Part shown: positions 45,394 to 59,600 of the stretch, one piece after another
How positions within the stretch are numbered: the stretch's first letter is position 1
Layout: each line of letters begins with the position of its first letter
DNA from: Eledone cirrhosa
Lineage: Eukaryota
Assembly (NCBI GenBank): GCA_964016885.1
Contig: OZ024751.1
Span: 10,912,001 to 10,976,000 of the forward strand
Direction: 5' to 3'
DNA: 64,000 nt
Made by a program: the position numbers and the translations under genes
Notes under the pieces: generated by a model
Told to the model about the DNA's origin: nothing
The model's database searches: none
Seen by the model: the letters and a program-made list of their open reading frames with translations, nothing else

Positions 45394-45785
45394 TATTAAA
45401 TAAATGGAAACTATATTTATAAACCCATATTTATTCTATTATATATATTTCAAGGATACCAAAAACTTTGGCACGCTTTCATCAGATAAAATACAAAGTG
45501 TGTTTTATAAATTTTGACATATCCAAGGAACATACCTTATCACTTGAATTTGGTACGCTTTCATCAGATAAAATACAAAGTGTGTTTCATATATTTTGAC
45601 ATAGCCAAGGATCATACCTAATCAGTTGAATCTATTCAAGCAAAATTTAACTAATAAGGCATGTTCCTTGGCTATGTCAAAATTTATAAAACACACTTTG
45701 TATTTTATCTGATGAAAGCGTACCAAAGTTTTTGGTACCCTTGGAATATATATAATAGAATAAATATGGTTTTATAAATATATAT
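45394..45785. mobile_element. HHR element in tandem-plus-inverted arrangement: HHR on minus 45432-45493 (intact), partial repeat 45549-45630, inverted HHR on plus 45701-45762 (GGAA)
   Basis: tattttat-CTGATGA-aagcgt(g/a)ccaaa gtt tttggta(t/c)cctt-G(A/G)AA-tatata-TA-atagaata. Confidence 0.8.
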
Positions 45786-46213
45786 ATGTATATATGTATA
45801 TAAATATAGTTTACATTTATATATATATGTATATATAATACATTATTGTCTTGAGCAAGACGCTCCATTTCAAATAGCTTCAGTCAATATATTTTGGGAA
45901 AAGTAGCAGACGGGTTATCTTTTCAAAAGGCTGTTACCCTGGTATCCTAAGTTGGAGATAGTCCTGTCCCAATGGTTTTTTAACCGATCATGAAATTCCT
46001 CACAGGAAAGAGTCCTGTATTTATAGTCTCTTAGGGTCTCATGAAATCCCACTCTGGCGTCTTGTATCCTCAGTTGATTGGCCGCCATGAAACCAGGGTA
46101 GGCTTAGTTTCCGGTTTGAAGAGTCTCCTGGCGAAAGACTGTTTTGTCTATGAATAATATAATCGCCTCACCGAAAACTGGTTCATTGGATACGATTCTT
46201 AACATTCCTCTAA

Positions 46214-46406
46214 TAATTGTTTCTACTTTTTGGCACAAGTCCAGCAATTATCCCAGTGCATTACTGGTACTTTATTTTATCGACCTTGTAAGAATGAAAG
46301 GCAAAGTTTACCTCGGCGGGATTTGAACTCAGACCAGAAAGGGGCGTAACTCTAAGCTGCAAAGCATGACGTCCGACCCTCTACCCATACTGCCAATCCA
46401 CCGCCC
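46214..46406 (-). mobile_element. tRNA-SINE
   Basis: Reverse complement of the family consensus. Confidence 0.85.
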
Positions 46407-46929
46407 TCTAATAATAATCCTCTAATGATATCTTCTGTTAATTAACCAACAGAGCTCACTTGGAATTATTTAGTTAATATTATTAAGGTTAAAATATGAA
46501 TAAGAAATAATTGCAAACATTTTGTTTGGTATAGTTTTGTATTGTTTTGTTATTCTGTTCAGTATTAGAAACATGAAAACGTTGCAAATGTGAGGTGTCA
46601 ACTGTCAGAATTGACCTAAAAAAAACAACATAATTAAAAACAAAATAAATATATAAATAAAAAAAGACAGAAAAATAACGAAGCATTACAACAATAATAA
46701 CAATAATAGTAGTAATAATAATAATAGCAACAATAAAAACAATAGAAACACGAAAGAGTATTGTATGTAATTTAGTTTATCACTAAGTGCCATCTGTCGT
46801 GAGAGGCATTAGATAATGCTAATATGAAGATATTTGATAGTAGCTATTTATTTCACACTCATTTATATTCCATTCAAATCAATATGCAAATAATAACAGA
46901 GAACAAAGCACAAATAATAAAGAAAACAA

Positions 46930-46930
46930 A

Positions 46931-46982
<52 letters not shown>

Positions 46983-47014
46983 TATGTGTGTGTATATATA
47001 TATATATGTGTATG

Positions 47015-47055
<41 letters not shown>

Positions 47056-47099
47056 ATACACACATATATACATACACACATATATATATATACATACAT

Positions 47100-47183
<84 letters not shown>

Positions 47184-47226
47184 ATATATATTATATATAT
47201 ATATATATATTATATATATATATTAT

Positions 47227-47272
<46 letters not shown>

Positions 47273-47441
47273 ATAATATATATATTATATATATATTATA
47301 TATATATTATATATATCTTATATATATATTATATATATCTTATATATATATTATATATATATTATATATATATTATATATATATTATATATATATTATAT
47401 ATATATTATATATATATTATATATATATTATATTATATATA

Positions 47442-47490
<49 letters not shown>
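46930..47490. repeat. (TA)n/(TTA) microsatellite
   Basis: Dinucleotide runs. Confidence 0.9.
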
Positions 47491-48029
47491 AAGAATTAAT
47501 ATAAAGAAAAAAAACACCGAAACAAAACAAAGTAATATAATAGAATACAAAGAGTTCTTTGAGGTTATTTTTTATTAAAACATTCTCTCTACATCCGGGC
47601 TACCTCGTGTCATCTCTTCACCACAACTCCGCCATTGTATTCCACTTCCGCCGTCGTTCTCAACCTTACAAAGCAACAAAGAAAAAGAAAAAACACAATA
47701 AACACATAAAAACAAATAACAAAAAAAAAAACAACAACACAACTAAAGAATAAAAACAACACGAAAGAAAATAAAATATAAATGTTTCACTTTTTTTTGT
47801 TGTTTTATTTTGTGTGGGTTTTTATTTACACTTGGTCTCTGCTGTAATTTGATCTAAGGAACAGCGATTAAACAGTGTATTTGTGAGTGAGATGATACGG
47901 CGGAGTTGGCGGTGTTGTTAGTAGTGAGATAGAGGTAAGGTGGGGGTATGTTGGTCGTTCATGACAATGTATTGTCCTTTAAGTTGGTCAGATGGTGGTG
48001 TTTGCTGACATTATCATTAACTTAATCTC

Positions 48030-48460
48030 CTAGCTGAATCGGTCGAGTGTCGTACGAAATATATGCCTTGTGATATTTAGTTACAGTCTTTTTACTTTCA
48101 GAGTTCAAATTCCAGTGAGGTCGTCTTTGCGTTTCACCCACATTTTCAAGGGTCAATAAAATAATGAATCAATCAATTACTGGGATCACTGTAATTGCCA
48201 TAGATCACCTTTCCCGAATTTCTAAACTTGTGTCAATGTTTGAAACGGTTATTAAAAGTGGTGGATTGGTAACATCGGCAGCGCATCGGACAACATGCTT
48301 TGTCCTTTTAAGTCCTTTACGTTCTGAGTTCAAATTCCGCTGAGGTTAACTTTGCCTTTCATCCTTACGGGGTCGATAAAATAGTACAAGTAACGCTATC
48401 AGGTCGATTTAATCGAATTTCTCCTCCCCCAAAATTGTTGGCGTTGTGCCTAGAACAGGA
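48030..48460 (+). mobile_element. Two tandem older tRNA-SINE copies
   Basis: gagttcaaattcc B-boxes at ~48101 and ~48326, each with a central domain. Confidence 0.7.
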
Positions 48461-48959
48461 ACCATCATAACATCTTTTACATAAAACAATACAATCTGTG
48501 AACAACAGCATCGTCGGTTGTATGTTTCCAATAGAACAATCAAACGCTGGTTCAATACATTTCTGAAGACAAGTGTGATAAGGGAGTCTCTGTAACTTAG
48601 TGTAGAACAAATACCGCAAGGTACTTCGTTTGAAGAATACAGTTAATTTTCAAATATTTCGGTTTCATCGCCGATGTTGACACCTTTAACCGATATACAA
48701 CAGTGAAAGACACAGGCACACACACACACAGACACACACACACATATATATATTTCTATATTTCTATACATGATGTTTTACATGTAGTAAGTGGACATAG
48801 GAATATAGTTTTGTTTGTGTGGTCATTGCTGTAACGATGGTTGTGGTGGGGGTGTCGGTTATAGTGGTGTAGTTGCTACGGTGGTGTTAGTGGTGGTGGT
48901 TATAGTATACCTAGTAACTATATTAGTAGCAAAACTAGTCATTATATTGTCTGTCAATG

Positions 48960-49175
48960 CGGTAACTTGGCAGATTCGTTAGAGCCTCGGATGAAATATA
49001 TGGTAGTATTTCATTACGACCTTCTAGTTTCAAATCCCATCGAGGTCAACTTTGTCTTTTATCTTTCCGAGGTCGATAACAATGATAAAAATAAAGTACC
49101 AGTTAAGTACTGGGATCGATATAATCGACATTTCTCTCCTCTTCTAAAATGTCTGGACTTGTGCCTATGTTAGAA
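48960..49175 (+). mobile_element. Degenerate tRNA-SINE
   Basis: ttcaaatcccatcgaggtcaactttgtc...gataaaaataaagtaccag...ttgtgcc. Confidence 0.65.
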
Positions 49176-50660
49176 GCCACTGCAGTAATAGGGATCTCTG
49201 GTGTGGTGTACAGGGTAGAAGTGGTAACCTTCATGCCGATTTAGTCACCAACCCACCTCTACAAACATATCTATCTAACACACTTCCTTTCTCTCACTCT
49301 TATGATACTCCCCCTTTCTCTCTTCCTTACTCTCATCTTCCTCCCATCTCCTCCTTCACTCTTTCTCCCATCTCCTCCTCCCTCTGTCTTCCTCCCATTA
49401 CCCCCACCTCCTTCTCCCATTCCCCCTTCTCCTTCTCCCACTCCCCCTCATCATTCTCCCCTCCCCCTCCCCTTCTCCCATTCCCCTCCTCTTTCTCCCT
49501 CCCATTACCCCTCCTCCTTCTGTCACTTCTACCAAACTCCTTTTCTCCTCCCCCTTAACATACTCCACCCCCCTCTCTCTCTAACTCACTTTAACTTCTA
49601 CCACACTTCTCCTCCCTCTCCTACTCTTCACTATGTCCCCCCCCCCCATCTTTCTCTTTATAGCCTACTTCTGAATTTTGCTATACCTTCACCTATTTCC
49701 TCTCTGCTTTCGTTTATTCCAGTTCCATTCTTTCTTTCCGCCATTTTTCTCCTCCTACACCAAACTCTTCTATTCTCCTCACAACTCCTCTCACTTCTAC
49801 CTCAAACCTCCCCCTCGTACCCCTTTTACACCACCCTCTTCTTTTCTCATCACAACTCCTCTCACTTCTACCACAAACCTCCCCTTCGTACCCCTCCTAC
49901 ACCACACTCTTCTTTTCTCCTCGCAACTACTCTCACTTCTACCACAACCTCCTCCTCCCCTTTATCCCTCTTGTCCAAGCCCACCCCATCTCCTTCTACC
50001 ACAGCCTCCCCCTCCTCTTTATTCCTCTTCTCCCTCCCATCTCCTTCTACCCCCCCCCCCCGCTTTATTCCTCTTGTCCCCCACCACCCCATCTCCCACC
50101 ACAACATCCCCCTCCCCTTTATCCCTCTTGTACCCCCCAACCCAACTCCTTCTACCACAACCTCCTCCTCCCCTTTATTCCTCTTCTCCCCCCTCACACC
50201 ATCTATCTCCTTCTAGGCAATCGTTTCTCTCTCTCTTTTACTCTATCTTCTCGTTTCAGTTTCATTTCGTTTTCATTTATACGTTGTAGAAATCTTTATT
50301 CACAGGTTAACTATTCAAATGTGATCTTTGCTGACAGCTCTGCCAGAGAATCCTTTACCATAATATCATCAGCGGTGCCATCTAATGGCCCTCCCCGCTC
50401 TCTCTCGCCCCCGACCACACTCACGTTCGTTTTAAAGCTGTAATGACAAGCACTCTGTAGAAAATCTCTTAATCCGTCTTCCTTAAGTCTGCCATCATAG
50501 ATTTAACAAAAGCAGCGTTCTTTTTCCTAATGCCGTTTGTTGCTGCTGTTGTCGTAGTAGTTGTTGTGGTTTTCGTCAGCGCCTGTTATGGTTGATGATG
50601 TTGATGATATTGTTATGGTGCAAGAGATAGTGTTGTGGTTATCGCAGTTGTCTTCATCGT

Positions 50661-53600
50661 TTGTTATTGTTGCTACAGTAGTGTTATTGCTGTTGTTATT
50701 GTTGCTACAGTAGTGTTATTGCTGTTGTTATTGTTGCTACGGTAGTGTTATTGCTGTTGTTATTGTTGCTACAGTAGTGTTATTGCTGTTGTTATTGTTG
50801 CTACAGTAGTGTTATTGGGGTTGTTATTGTTGCTACAGTAGTGTTATTGCTGTTGTTATTGTTGCTACAGTAGTGTTATTGCTGTTGTTATTGTTGCTAC
50901 AGTAGTGTTATTGCTGTTGTTATTGTTGCTACAGTAGTGTTATTGGGGTTGTTATTATTGCTACAGTAGTGTTATTGGGGTTGTTATTGTTGCTGCAGTA
51001 ATGTTATTGCTGTTGTTATTGTTGCTGCAGTAGTGTTATTGGTGTTGTTATTGTTGCTGCAGTAATGTTATTGCTGTTGTTATTGTTGCTGCAGTAGTGT
51101 TATTGGGGTTGTTATTGTTGCTACAGTAGTGTTATTGCTGTTGTTATTGTTGCTGCAGTAGTGTTATTGGGGTTGTTATTGTTGCTACAGTAGTGTTATT
51201 GGGGTTGTTATTGTTGCTACAGTAGTGTTATTGCTGTTGTTATTGTTGCTCCAGTAGTGTTATTGCTGTTGTTATTGTTGCTCCAGTAGTGTTATTGCTG
51301 TTGTTATTGTTGCTCCAGTAGTGTTATTGGGGTTGTTATTGTTGCTACAGTAGTGTTATTGCTGTTGTTATTGTTGCTGCAGTAGTGTTATTGCTGTTGT
51401 TATTGTTGCTACAGTAGTGTTATTGCTGTTGTTATTGTTGCTGCAGTAGTGTTATTGGGGTTGTTATTGTTGCTGCAGTAGTGTTATTGCTGTTGTTATT
51501 GTTGCTACAGTAGTGTTATTGCTGTTGTTATTGTTGCTACAGTAGTGTTATTGCTGTTGTTATTGTTGCTGCAGTAGTGTTATTGCTGTTGTTATTGTTG
51601 CTACAGTAGTGTTATTGCTGTTGTTATTGTTGCTGCAGTAGTGTTATTGCTGTTGTTATTGTGGGCTCCAGTAGTGTTATTGCTGTTGTTATTGTTGCTC
51701 CAGTAGTGTTATTGGGGTTGTTATTGTTGCTACAGTACTGTTATTGTTGTTGTTATTGTTGCTACAGTAGTGTTATTGCTGTTGTTATTGTTGCTGCAGT
51801 AGTGTTATTGCTGTTGTTATTGTTGCCACAGTAGTGTTATTGCTGTTGTTATTGTTGCCACAGTAGTGTTATTGCTGTTGTTATTGTTGCTACAGTAGTG
51901 TTATTGCTGTTGTTATTGTTGCTACAGTAGTGTTATTGTTGCTGCAGTAGTGTTATTGGGGTTGTTATTGTTGCTGCAGTAGTGTAATTGCTGTTGTCAT
52001 TGTTGCTGCAGTAGTGCTATTGCTGTTGTTATTGTTGCTGCAGTAGTGTTATTTCTGTTGGTATTGTTACTACAGTAGTGTTATTGCTGTTGTTATTGTT
52101 GCTACGGTAGTGTTATTGCTGTTGTTATTGTTGCTGCAGTAGTGTTATTGGAGTTGTTATTGTTGCTACAGTAGTGTTATTGGAGTTGTTATTGTTGCTG
52201 CAGTAGTGTTATTGGGGTTGTTATTGTTGCTACAGTAGTGTTATTGCTGTTGTTATTGTTGCTGCAGTGGTGTTATTGCTGTTGTTATTGTTGCCACAGT
52301 AGTGTTATTGCTGTGTTATTGTTGCTGCAGTAGTGTTATTGGGGTTGTTATTGTTGCTGCAGTAGTGTTATTGCTGTTGTTATTGTTGCTACAGTAGTGT
52401 TATTGCTGTTGTTATTGTTACTGCGTAGTGTTATTGCTGTTGTTATTGTTGCTCCAGTAGTGTTATTGGGGTTGTTATTGTTGCTGCAGTAGTGTTATTG
52501 CTGTTGTTATTGTTGCTACAGTAGTGTTATTGGGGTTGTTATTGTTGCTACAGTATTGTTATTGCTGTTGTTATTGTTGCTCCAGTAGTGTTATTGCTGT
52601 TGTTATTGTTGCTCCAGTAGTGTTATTTCTGTTGTTATTGTTGCTCCAGTAGTGTTATTGGGGTTGTTATTGTTGCTACAGTAGTGTTATTGCTGTTGTT
52701 ATTGTTGCTGCAGTAGTGTTATTGCTGTTGTTATTGTTGCTACAGTAGTGTTATTGCTGTTGTTATTGTTGCTGCAGTAGTGTTATTGGGGTTGTTATTG
52801 TTGCTGCAGTAGTGTTATTGCTGTTGTTATTGTTGCTACAGTAGTGTTATTGCTGTTGTTATTGTTGCTACAGTAGTGTTATTGCTGTTGTTATTGTTGC
52901 TGCAGTAGTGTTATTGCTGTTGTTATTGTTGCTACAGTAGTGTTATTGCTGTTGTTATTGTTGCTGCAGTAGTGTTATTGCTGTTGTTATTGTGGGCTCC
53001 AGTAGTGTTATTGCTGTTGTTATTGTTGCTCCAGTAGTGTTATTGGGGTTGTTATTGTTGCTACAGTACTGTTATTGTTGTTGTTATTGTTGCTACAGTA
53101 GTGTTATTGCTGTTGTTATTGTTGCTGCAGTAGTGTTATTGCTGTTGTCATTGTTGCTGCAGTAGTGTTATTGCTGTTGTTATTGTTGCTGCAGTAGTGT
53201 TATTGCTGTTGTTATTGTTGCTGCAGTAGTGTTATTGCTGTTGTTATTGTTGCCACAGTAGTGTTATTGCTGTTGTTATTGTTGCTACAGTAGTGTTATT
53301 GCTGTTGTTATTGTTGCTACAGTAGTGTTATTGTTGCTGCAGTAGTGTTATTGGGGTTGTTATTGTTGCTGCAGTAGTGTAATTGCTGTTGTCATTGTTG
53401 CTGCAGTAGTGCTATTGCTGTTGTTATTGTTGCTGCAGTAGTGTTATTGCTGTTGGTATTGTTACTACAGTAGTGTTATTGCTGTTGTTATTGTTGCTAC
53501 AGTAGTGTTATTGCTGTTGTTATTGTTGCTGCAGTAGTGTTATTGGAGTTGTTATTGTTGCTACAGTAGTGTTATTGGAGTTGTTATTGTTGCTGCAGTA

Positions 53601-56600
53601 GTGTTATTGGGGTTGTTATTGTTGCTACAGTAGTGTTATTGCTGTTGTTATTGTTGCTGCAGTGGTGTTATTGCTGTTGTTATTGTTGCCACAGTAGTGT
53701 TATTGCTGTGTTATTGTTGCTGCAGTAGTGTTATTGGGGTTGTTATTGTTGCTGCAGTAGTGTTATTGCTGTTGTTATTGTTGCTACAGTAGTGTTATTG
53801 CTGTTGTTATTGTTACTCCGTAGTGTTATTGCTGTTGTTATTGTTGCTCCAGTAGTGTTATTGGGGTTGTTATTGTTGCTGCAGTAGTGTTATTGCTGTT
53901 GTTATTGTTGCTACAGTAGTGTTATTGGGGTTGTTATTGTTGCTGCAGTAGTGTTATTGCTGTTGTTATTGTTGCTTCAGTAGTGTTATTGCTGTTGTTA
54001 TTGTTGCTACAGTAGTGTTATTGCTGTTGTTATTGTTGCTGCAGTAGTGGTATTGCTGTTGTTATTGTTGCCACAGTAGTGTAATTGCTGTGTTATTGTT
54101 GCTGCAGTAGTGTTATTGCTGTTGTTATTGTTGCTACAGTAGTGTTATTGCTGCTGTTATTGTTGCAACAGTAGTGTTATTGCTGATGTTATTGTTGCTA
54201 CAGTAGTGTTATTGCTGTTGTTATTGTTGCTGCAGGGTTGTTATTGTTGCTGCAGTAGTGTTATTGCTGTCGTTATTGTTGCTGCGGTAGTGTCATTGGG
54301 GTTGTTATTGTTGCTGCAGTAGTGTAATTGTTGTTGTTATTGTTGCTGCAGTAGTGTTATTGCTGTTCTTATTGTTGCTGCAGTAGTGTTATTGCTGTTG
54401 CTATTGTTGATGCAGTAGTGTTATTGCTGTTGTTATTGTTGCTACTGTAGTGTTATTGGGGTTGTTATTGTTGTTGCAGTAGTGTTATTGCTGTTGTTAT
54501 TGTTGCCACAGTATTGTTATTGCTGTGTTATTGTTGCTGCAGTAGTGTTATTGCTGTTGTTATTGTTGCTACAGTAGTGCTATTGCTGTTGATATTGTTG
54601 CTACAGTAGTGTTATTGCTAATGTTATTGTTGCTAAAGTAGTGTTATTGCTGTTGTTATTGTTGCTACAGTATTGTTATTGCTGTTGTTATTGTTGCTGC
54701 GTAGTGTTATTGCTGTTGTTATTGTTGCTTCAGTAGTGTTATTGTTGCTCCAGTAGTGTTATTGGGGTAGTTATTGTTGCTACAGTACTGTTATCGTTGT
54801 TGTTATTGTTGCTGCAGTAGTGTTATTGCTGTTGTCATTGTTGCTGCAGCAGTGTTATTGCTGTTGTTATTGTTGCTACAGTAGTGTTATTGCTGTTGTT
54901 ATTGTTGCTGCAGTAGTGTTATTGCTGTTGTTATTGTTGCTCCAGTAGTGTTATTGCTGTTGTTATTGTTGCTCCAGTAGTGTTATTGGGGTTGTTATTG
55001 TTGCTACAGTAGTGTTATTGCTGTTGTTATTGTTGCTGCAGTAGTGTTATTGCTGTTGTTATTGTTGCTACAGTAGTGTTATTGCTGTTGTTATTGTTGC
55101 TGCGTAGTGTTATTGCTGTTGTTATTGTGGGCTCCAGTAGTGTTATTGCTGTTGTTATTGTTGCTACAGTACTGTTATTGTTGTTGTTATTGTTGCTACA
55201 GTAGTGTTATTGCTGTTGTTATTGTTGCTGCAGTAGTGTTATTGCTGTTGTCATTGTTGCTGCAGTAGTGTTATTGCTGTTTTCATTGTTGATGCAGCAG
55301 TGTTATTGCTGTTGTTATTGTTGCTGCAGTAGTGTTATTGCTGTTGTTATTGTTGCTGCAGTAGTGTTATTGCTGTTGTTATTGTTGCCACAGTAGTGTT
55401 ATTGCTGTTGTTATTGTTGCCACAGTAGTGCTATTGCTGTTGTTATTGTTGCTACAGTAGTGTTATTGCTGTTGTTATTGTTGCTACAGTAGTGTTATTG
55501 TTGCTGCAGTAGTGTTATTGGGGTTGTTATTGTTGCTGCAGTAGTGTTATTGCTGTTGGTATTGTTACTACAGTAGTGTTATTGCTGTTATTGTTGCTAC
55601 AGTAGTGTTATTGCTGTTGTTATTGTTGCTGCAGTAGTGTTATTGGAGTTGTTATTGTTGCTACAGTAGTGTTATTGGAGTTGTTATTGTTGCTGCAGTA
55701 GTGTTATTGGGGTTGTTATTGTTGCTACAGTAGTGTTATTGCTGTTGTTATTGTTGCTGCAGTGGTGTTATTGCTGTTGTTATTGTTGCTACAGTAGTGT
55801 TATTGCTGTTGTTATTGTTGCCACAGTAGTGTTATTGCTGTGTTATTGTTGCTGCAGTAGTGTTATTGGGGTTGTTATTGTTGCTGCAGTAGTGTTATTG
55901 CTGTTGTTATTGTTGCTACAGTAGTGTTATTGCTGTTGTTATTGTTGCTCCAGTAGTGTTATTGGGGTTGTTATTGTTGCTGCAGTAGTGTTATTGCTGT
56001 TGTTATTGTTGCTACAGTAGTGTTATTGGGGTTGTTATTGTTGCTGCAGTAGTGTTATTGCTGTTGTTATTGTTGCTTCAGTAGTGTTATTGCTGTTGTT
56101 ATTGTTGCTACAGTAGTGTTATTGCTGTTGTTATTGTTGCTGCAGTAGTGTTATTGCTGTTGTTATTGTTGCCACAGTAGTGTAATTGCTGTGTTATTGT
56201 TGCTGCAGTAGTGTTATTGCTGTTGTTATTGTTGCTACAGTAGTGTTATTGCTGTTGTTATTGTTGCAACAGTAGTGTTATTGCTGATGTTATTGTTGCT
56301 ACAGTAGTGTTATTGCTGTTGTTATTGTTGCTGCAGGGTTGTTATTGTTGCTGCAGTAGTGTTATTGGGGTTGTTATTGTTGCTGCAGTAGTATTATTGA
56401 TGTTGGGATTGTTGCTGCAGTAGTGTTATTGCTGTTGTTATTGTTGCTGCAGTAGTGTTATTGGGATTGTTATTGTTGCTGCATTAGTGTTATTGCTGTT
56501 GTTATTGTTGCTACAGTAGTGTTATTGGGGTTGTTATTGTTGCTGCAGTAGTGTTATTGCTGTTGTTATTGTTGCTACAGTAGTGTTATTGCTGTTGTTA

Positions 56601-59600
56601 TTGTTGCTGCGTAGTGTTATTGCTGTTGTTATTGTTGCTTCAGTAGTATTATTGTTGCTCCAATAGTGTTATTGGGGTAGTTATTGTTGCTACAGTACTG
56701 TTATCGTTGTTGTTATTGTTGATGCAGTAGTGTTATTGCTGTTGTCATTGTTGCTGCAGCAGTGTTATTGCTGTTGTTATTGTTGCTACAGTAGTGTTAT
56801 TGCTGTTATTATTGTTGCTGCAGTAGTGTTATTGCTGTTGTTATTGTTGCTGCAGTAGTGTTATTGCTGTTGTTATTGTTGCTTCAGTAGTGTTATTGCT
56901 GTTGTTATTGTTGCTCCAGTAGTGTTATTGGGGTTGTTATTGTTGCTACCGTAGTGTTATTGCTGTTGTTATTGTTTCTGCAGTAGTGTTATTGCTGTTG
57001 TTATTGTTGCTACAGTAGTGTTATTGCTGTTGTTATTGTTGCTGCGTAGTGTTATTGCTGTTGTTATTGTGGGCTCCAGTAGTGTTATTGCTGTTGTTAT
57101 TGTTGCTCCAGTAGTGTTATTGGGGTTGTTATTGTTGCTACAGTACTGTTATTGTTGTTGTTATTGTTGCCACAGTAGTGTTATTGCTGTTGTTATTGTT
57201 GCTGCAGTAGTGTTATTGCTGTTGTCATTGTTGCTGCAGTAGTGTTATTGCTGTTTTCATTGTTGATGCAGCAGTGTTATTGCTGTTGTTATTGTTGCTG
57301 CAGTAGTGTTATTGCTGTTGTTATTGTTGCTGCAGTAGTGTTATTGCTGTTGTTATTGTTGCCACAGTAGTGTTATTGCTGTTGTTATTGTTGCCACAGT
57401 AGTGTTATTGCTGTTGTTATTGTTGCTACAGTAGTGTTATTGCTGTTGTTATTGTTGCTACAGTAGTGTTATTGTTGCTGCAGTAGTGTTATTGTTTCTG
57501 CAGTAGTGTTATTGGGGTTGTTATTGTTGCTGCAGTAGTGTAATTGCTGTTGTCATTGTTGCTGCAGTAGTTCTATTGCTGTTGTTATCGTTGCTGCAGT
57601 AGTGTTATTGCTGTTGGTATTGTTACTACAGTAGTGTTATTGCTGTTGGTATTGTTACTACAGTAGTGTTATTGCTGTTGTTATTGTTGCTACAGTAGTG
57701 TTATTGCTGTTGTTATTGTTGCTGCAGTAGTGTTATTGGAGTTGTTATTGTTGCTGCAGTAGTGTTATTGGGGTTGTTATTGTTGCTACAGTAGTGTTAT
57801 TGCTGTTGTTATTGTTGCTGCAGTGGTGTTATTTCTGTTGTTATTGTTGCTACAGTAGTGTTATTGCTGTTGTTATTGTTGCCACAGTAGTGTTATTGCT
57901 GTGTTATTGTTGCTGCAGTAGTGTTATTGGGGTTGTTATTGTTGCTGCAGTAGTGTTATTGCTGTTGTTATTGTTGCTACAGTAGTGTTATTGCTGTTGT
58001 TATTGTTACTGCGTAGTGTTATTGCTGTTGTTATTGTTGCTCCAGTAGTGTTATTGGGGTTGTTATTGTTGCTGCAGTAGTGTTATTGCTGTTGTTATTG
58101 TTGCTACAGTAGTGTTATTGGGGTTGTTATTGTTGCTGCAGTAGTGTTATTGCTGTTGTTATTGTTGCTTCAGTAGTGTTATTGCTGTTGTTATTGTTGC
58201 TGCAGTAGTGTTATTGCTGTTGTTATTGTTGCTGCAGTAGTGTAATTGCTGTGTTATTGTTGCTGCAGTAGTGTTATTGCTGTTGTTATTGTTGCAACAG
58301 TAGTGTTATTGCTGATGTTATTGTTGCTACAGTAGTGTTATTGCTGTTGTTATTGTTGCTACAGTAGTGTTATTGCTGTTGTTATTGTTGCTGCAGTAGT
58401 GTTATTGCTGTCGGTATTGTTGCTGCGGTAGTGTCATTGGGGTTGTTATTGTTGCTGCAGTAGTGTAATTGTTGTTGTTATTGTTGCTGCAGTAGTGTTA
58501 TTGCTGTTCTTATTGTTGCTGCAGTAGTGTTATTGCTGTTGCTATTGTTGATGCAGTAGTGTTATTGCTGTTGTTATTGTTGCTACTGTAGTGTTATTGG
58601 GGTTGTTATTGTTGTTGCAGTAGTGTTATTGCTGTTGTTATTGTTGCCACAGTATTGTTATTGCTGTGTTATTGTTGCTGCAGTAGTGTTATTGCTGTTG
58701 TTATTGTTGCTACAGTAGTGCTATTGCTGTTGTTATTGTTGCTACAGTAATGTTATTGCTAATGTTATTGTTGCTACAGTAGTGTTATTGCTGTTGTTAT
58801 TGTTGCTGCAGGGATGTTATTGTTGCCTCAGTAGTGTTATTGCTGTCGTTATTGTTGCTGCAGTAGTGTCATTGGGGTAGTTATTGTTGCTGCAGTAGTG
58901 TTATTGCTGTTGTTAGTGTTGCTACAGTAGTGTTATTGCTGTTCTTGTTGCTACAGTAGTGTAATTGCTGTTGTTATTGTTGCTGCAGTAGTGTTATTGC
59001 TGTTGTCATTGTTGCTGCAGTAGTGTTATTGGGGTTGTTATTGTTGCTACGGTAGTGTTATTGCTGTTGTTATTGTTGCTCCAGTAGTGTTATTGCTGTT
59101 GTTATTGTTGCTCCAGTAGTGTTATTGGGGTTGTTATTGTTGCTACAGTAGTGTTATTGCTGTTGTTATTGTTGCTACAGTAGTGTTATTGGGGTTGTTA
59201 TTGTTGCTGCAATAGTGTTATTGCTGTTGTTATTGTTGCTTCAGTAGTGTTATTGGGGTTGTTATTGTTGTTGCAGTAGTGTTATTGCTTTTGTTATTGT
59301 TGCTGCGTAGTGTTATTGCTGTTGTTATTGTTGCTCCAGTAGTGTTATCGGGGTTGTTATTGTTGCTGCAGTAGTATTATTGATGTTGTTATTATTGCTG
59401 CAGTAGTGTTATTGCTGTTGTTATTGTTGCTGCAGTAGTGTTATTGGGATTGTTATTGTTGCGGCATTAGTGTTATTGCTGTTGTTAGTGTTGCTACAGT
59501 AGTGTTATTGGGGTTGTTATTGTTGCTGCAGTAGTGTTATTGGGGTTGTTATTGTTGCTGCAGTAGTATTATTGATGTTGTTATTGTTGCTGCAGTAGTG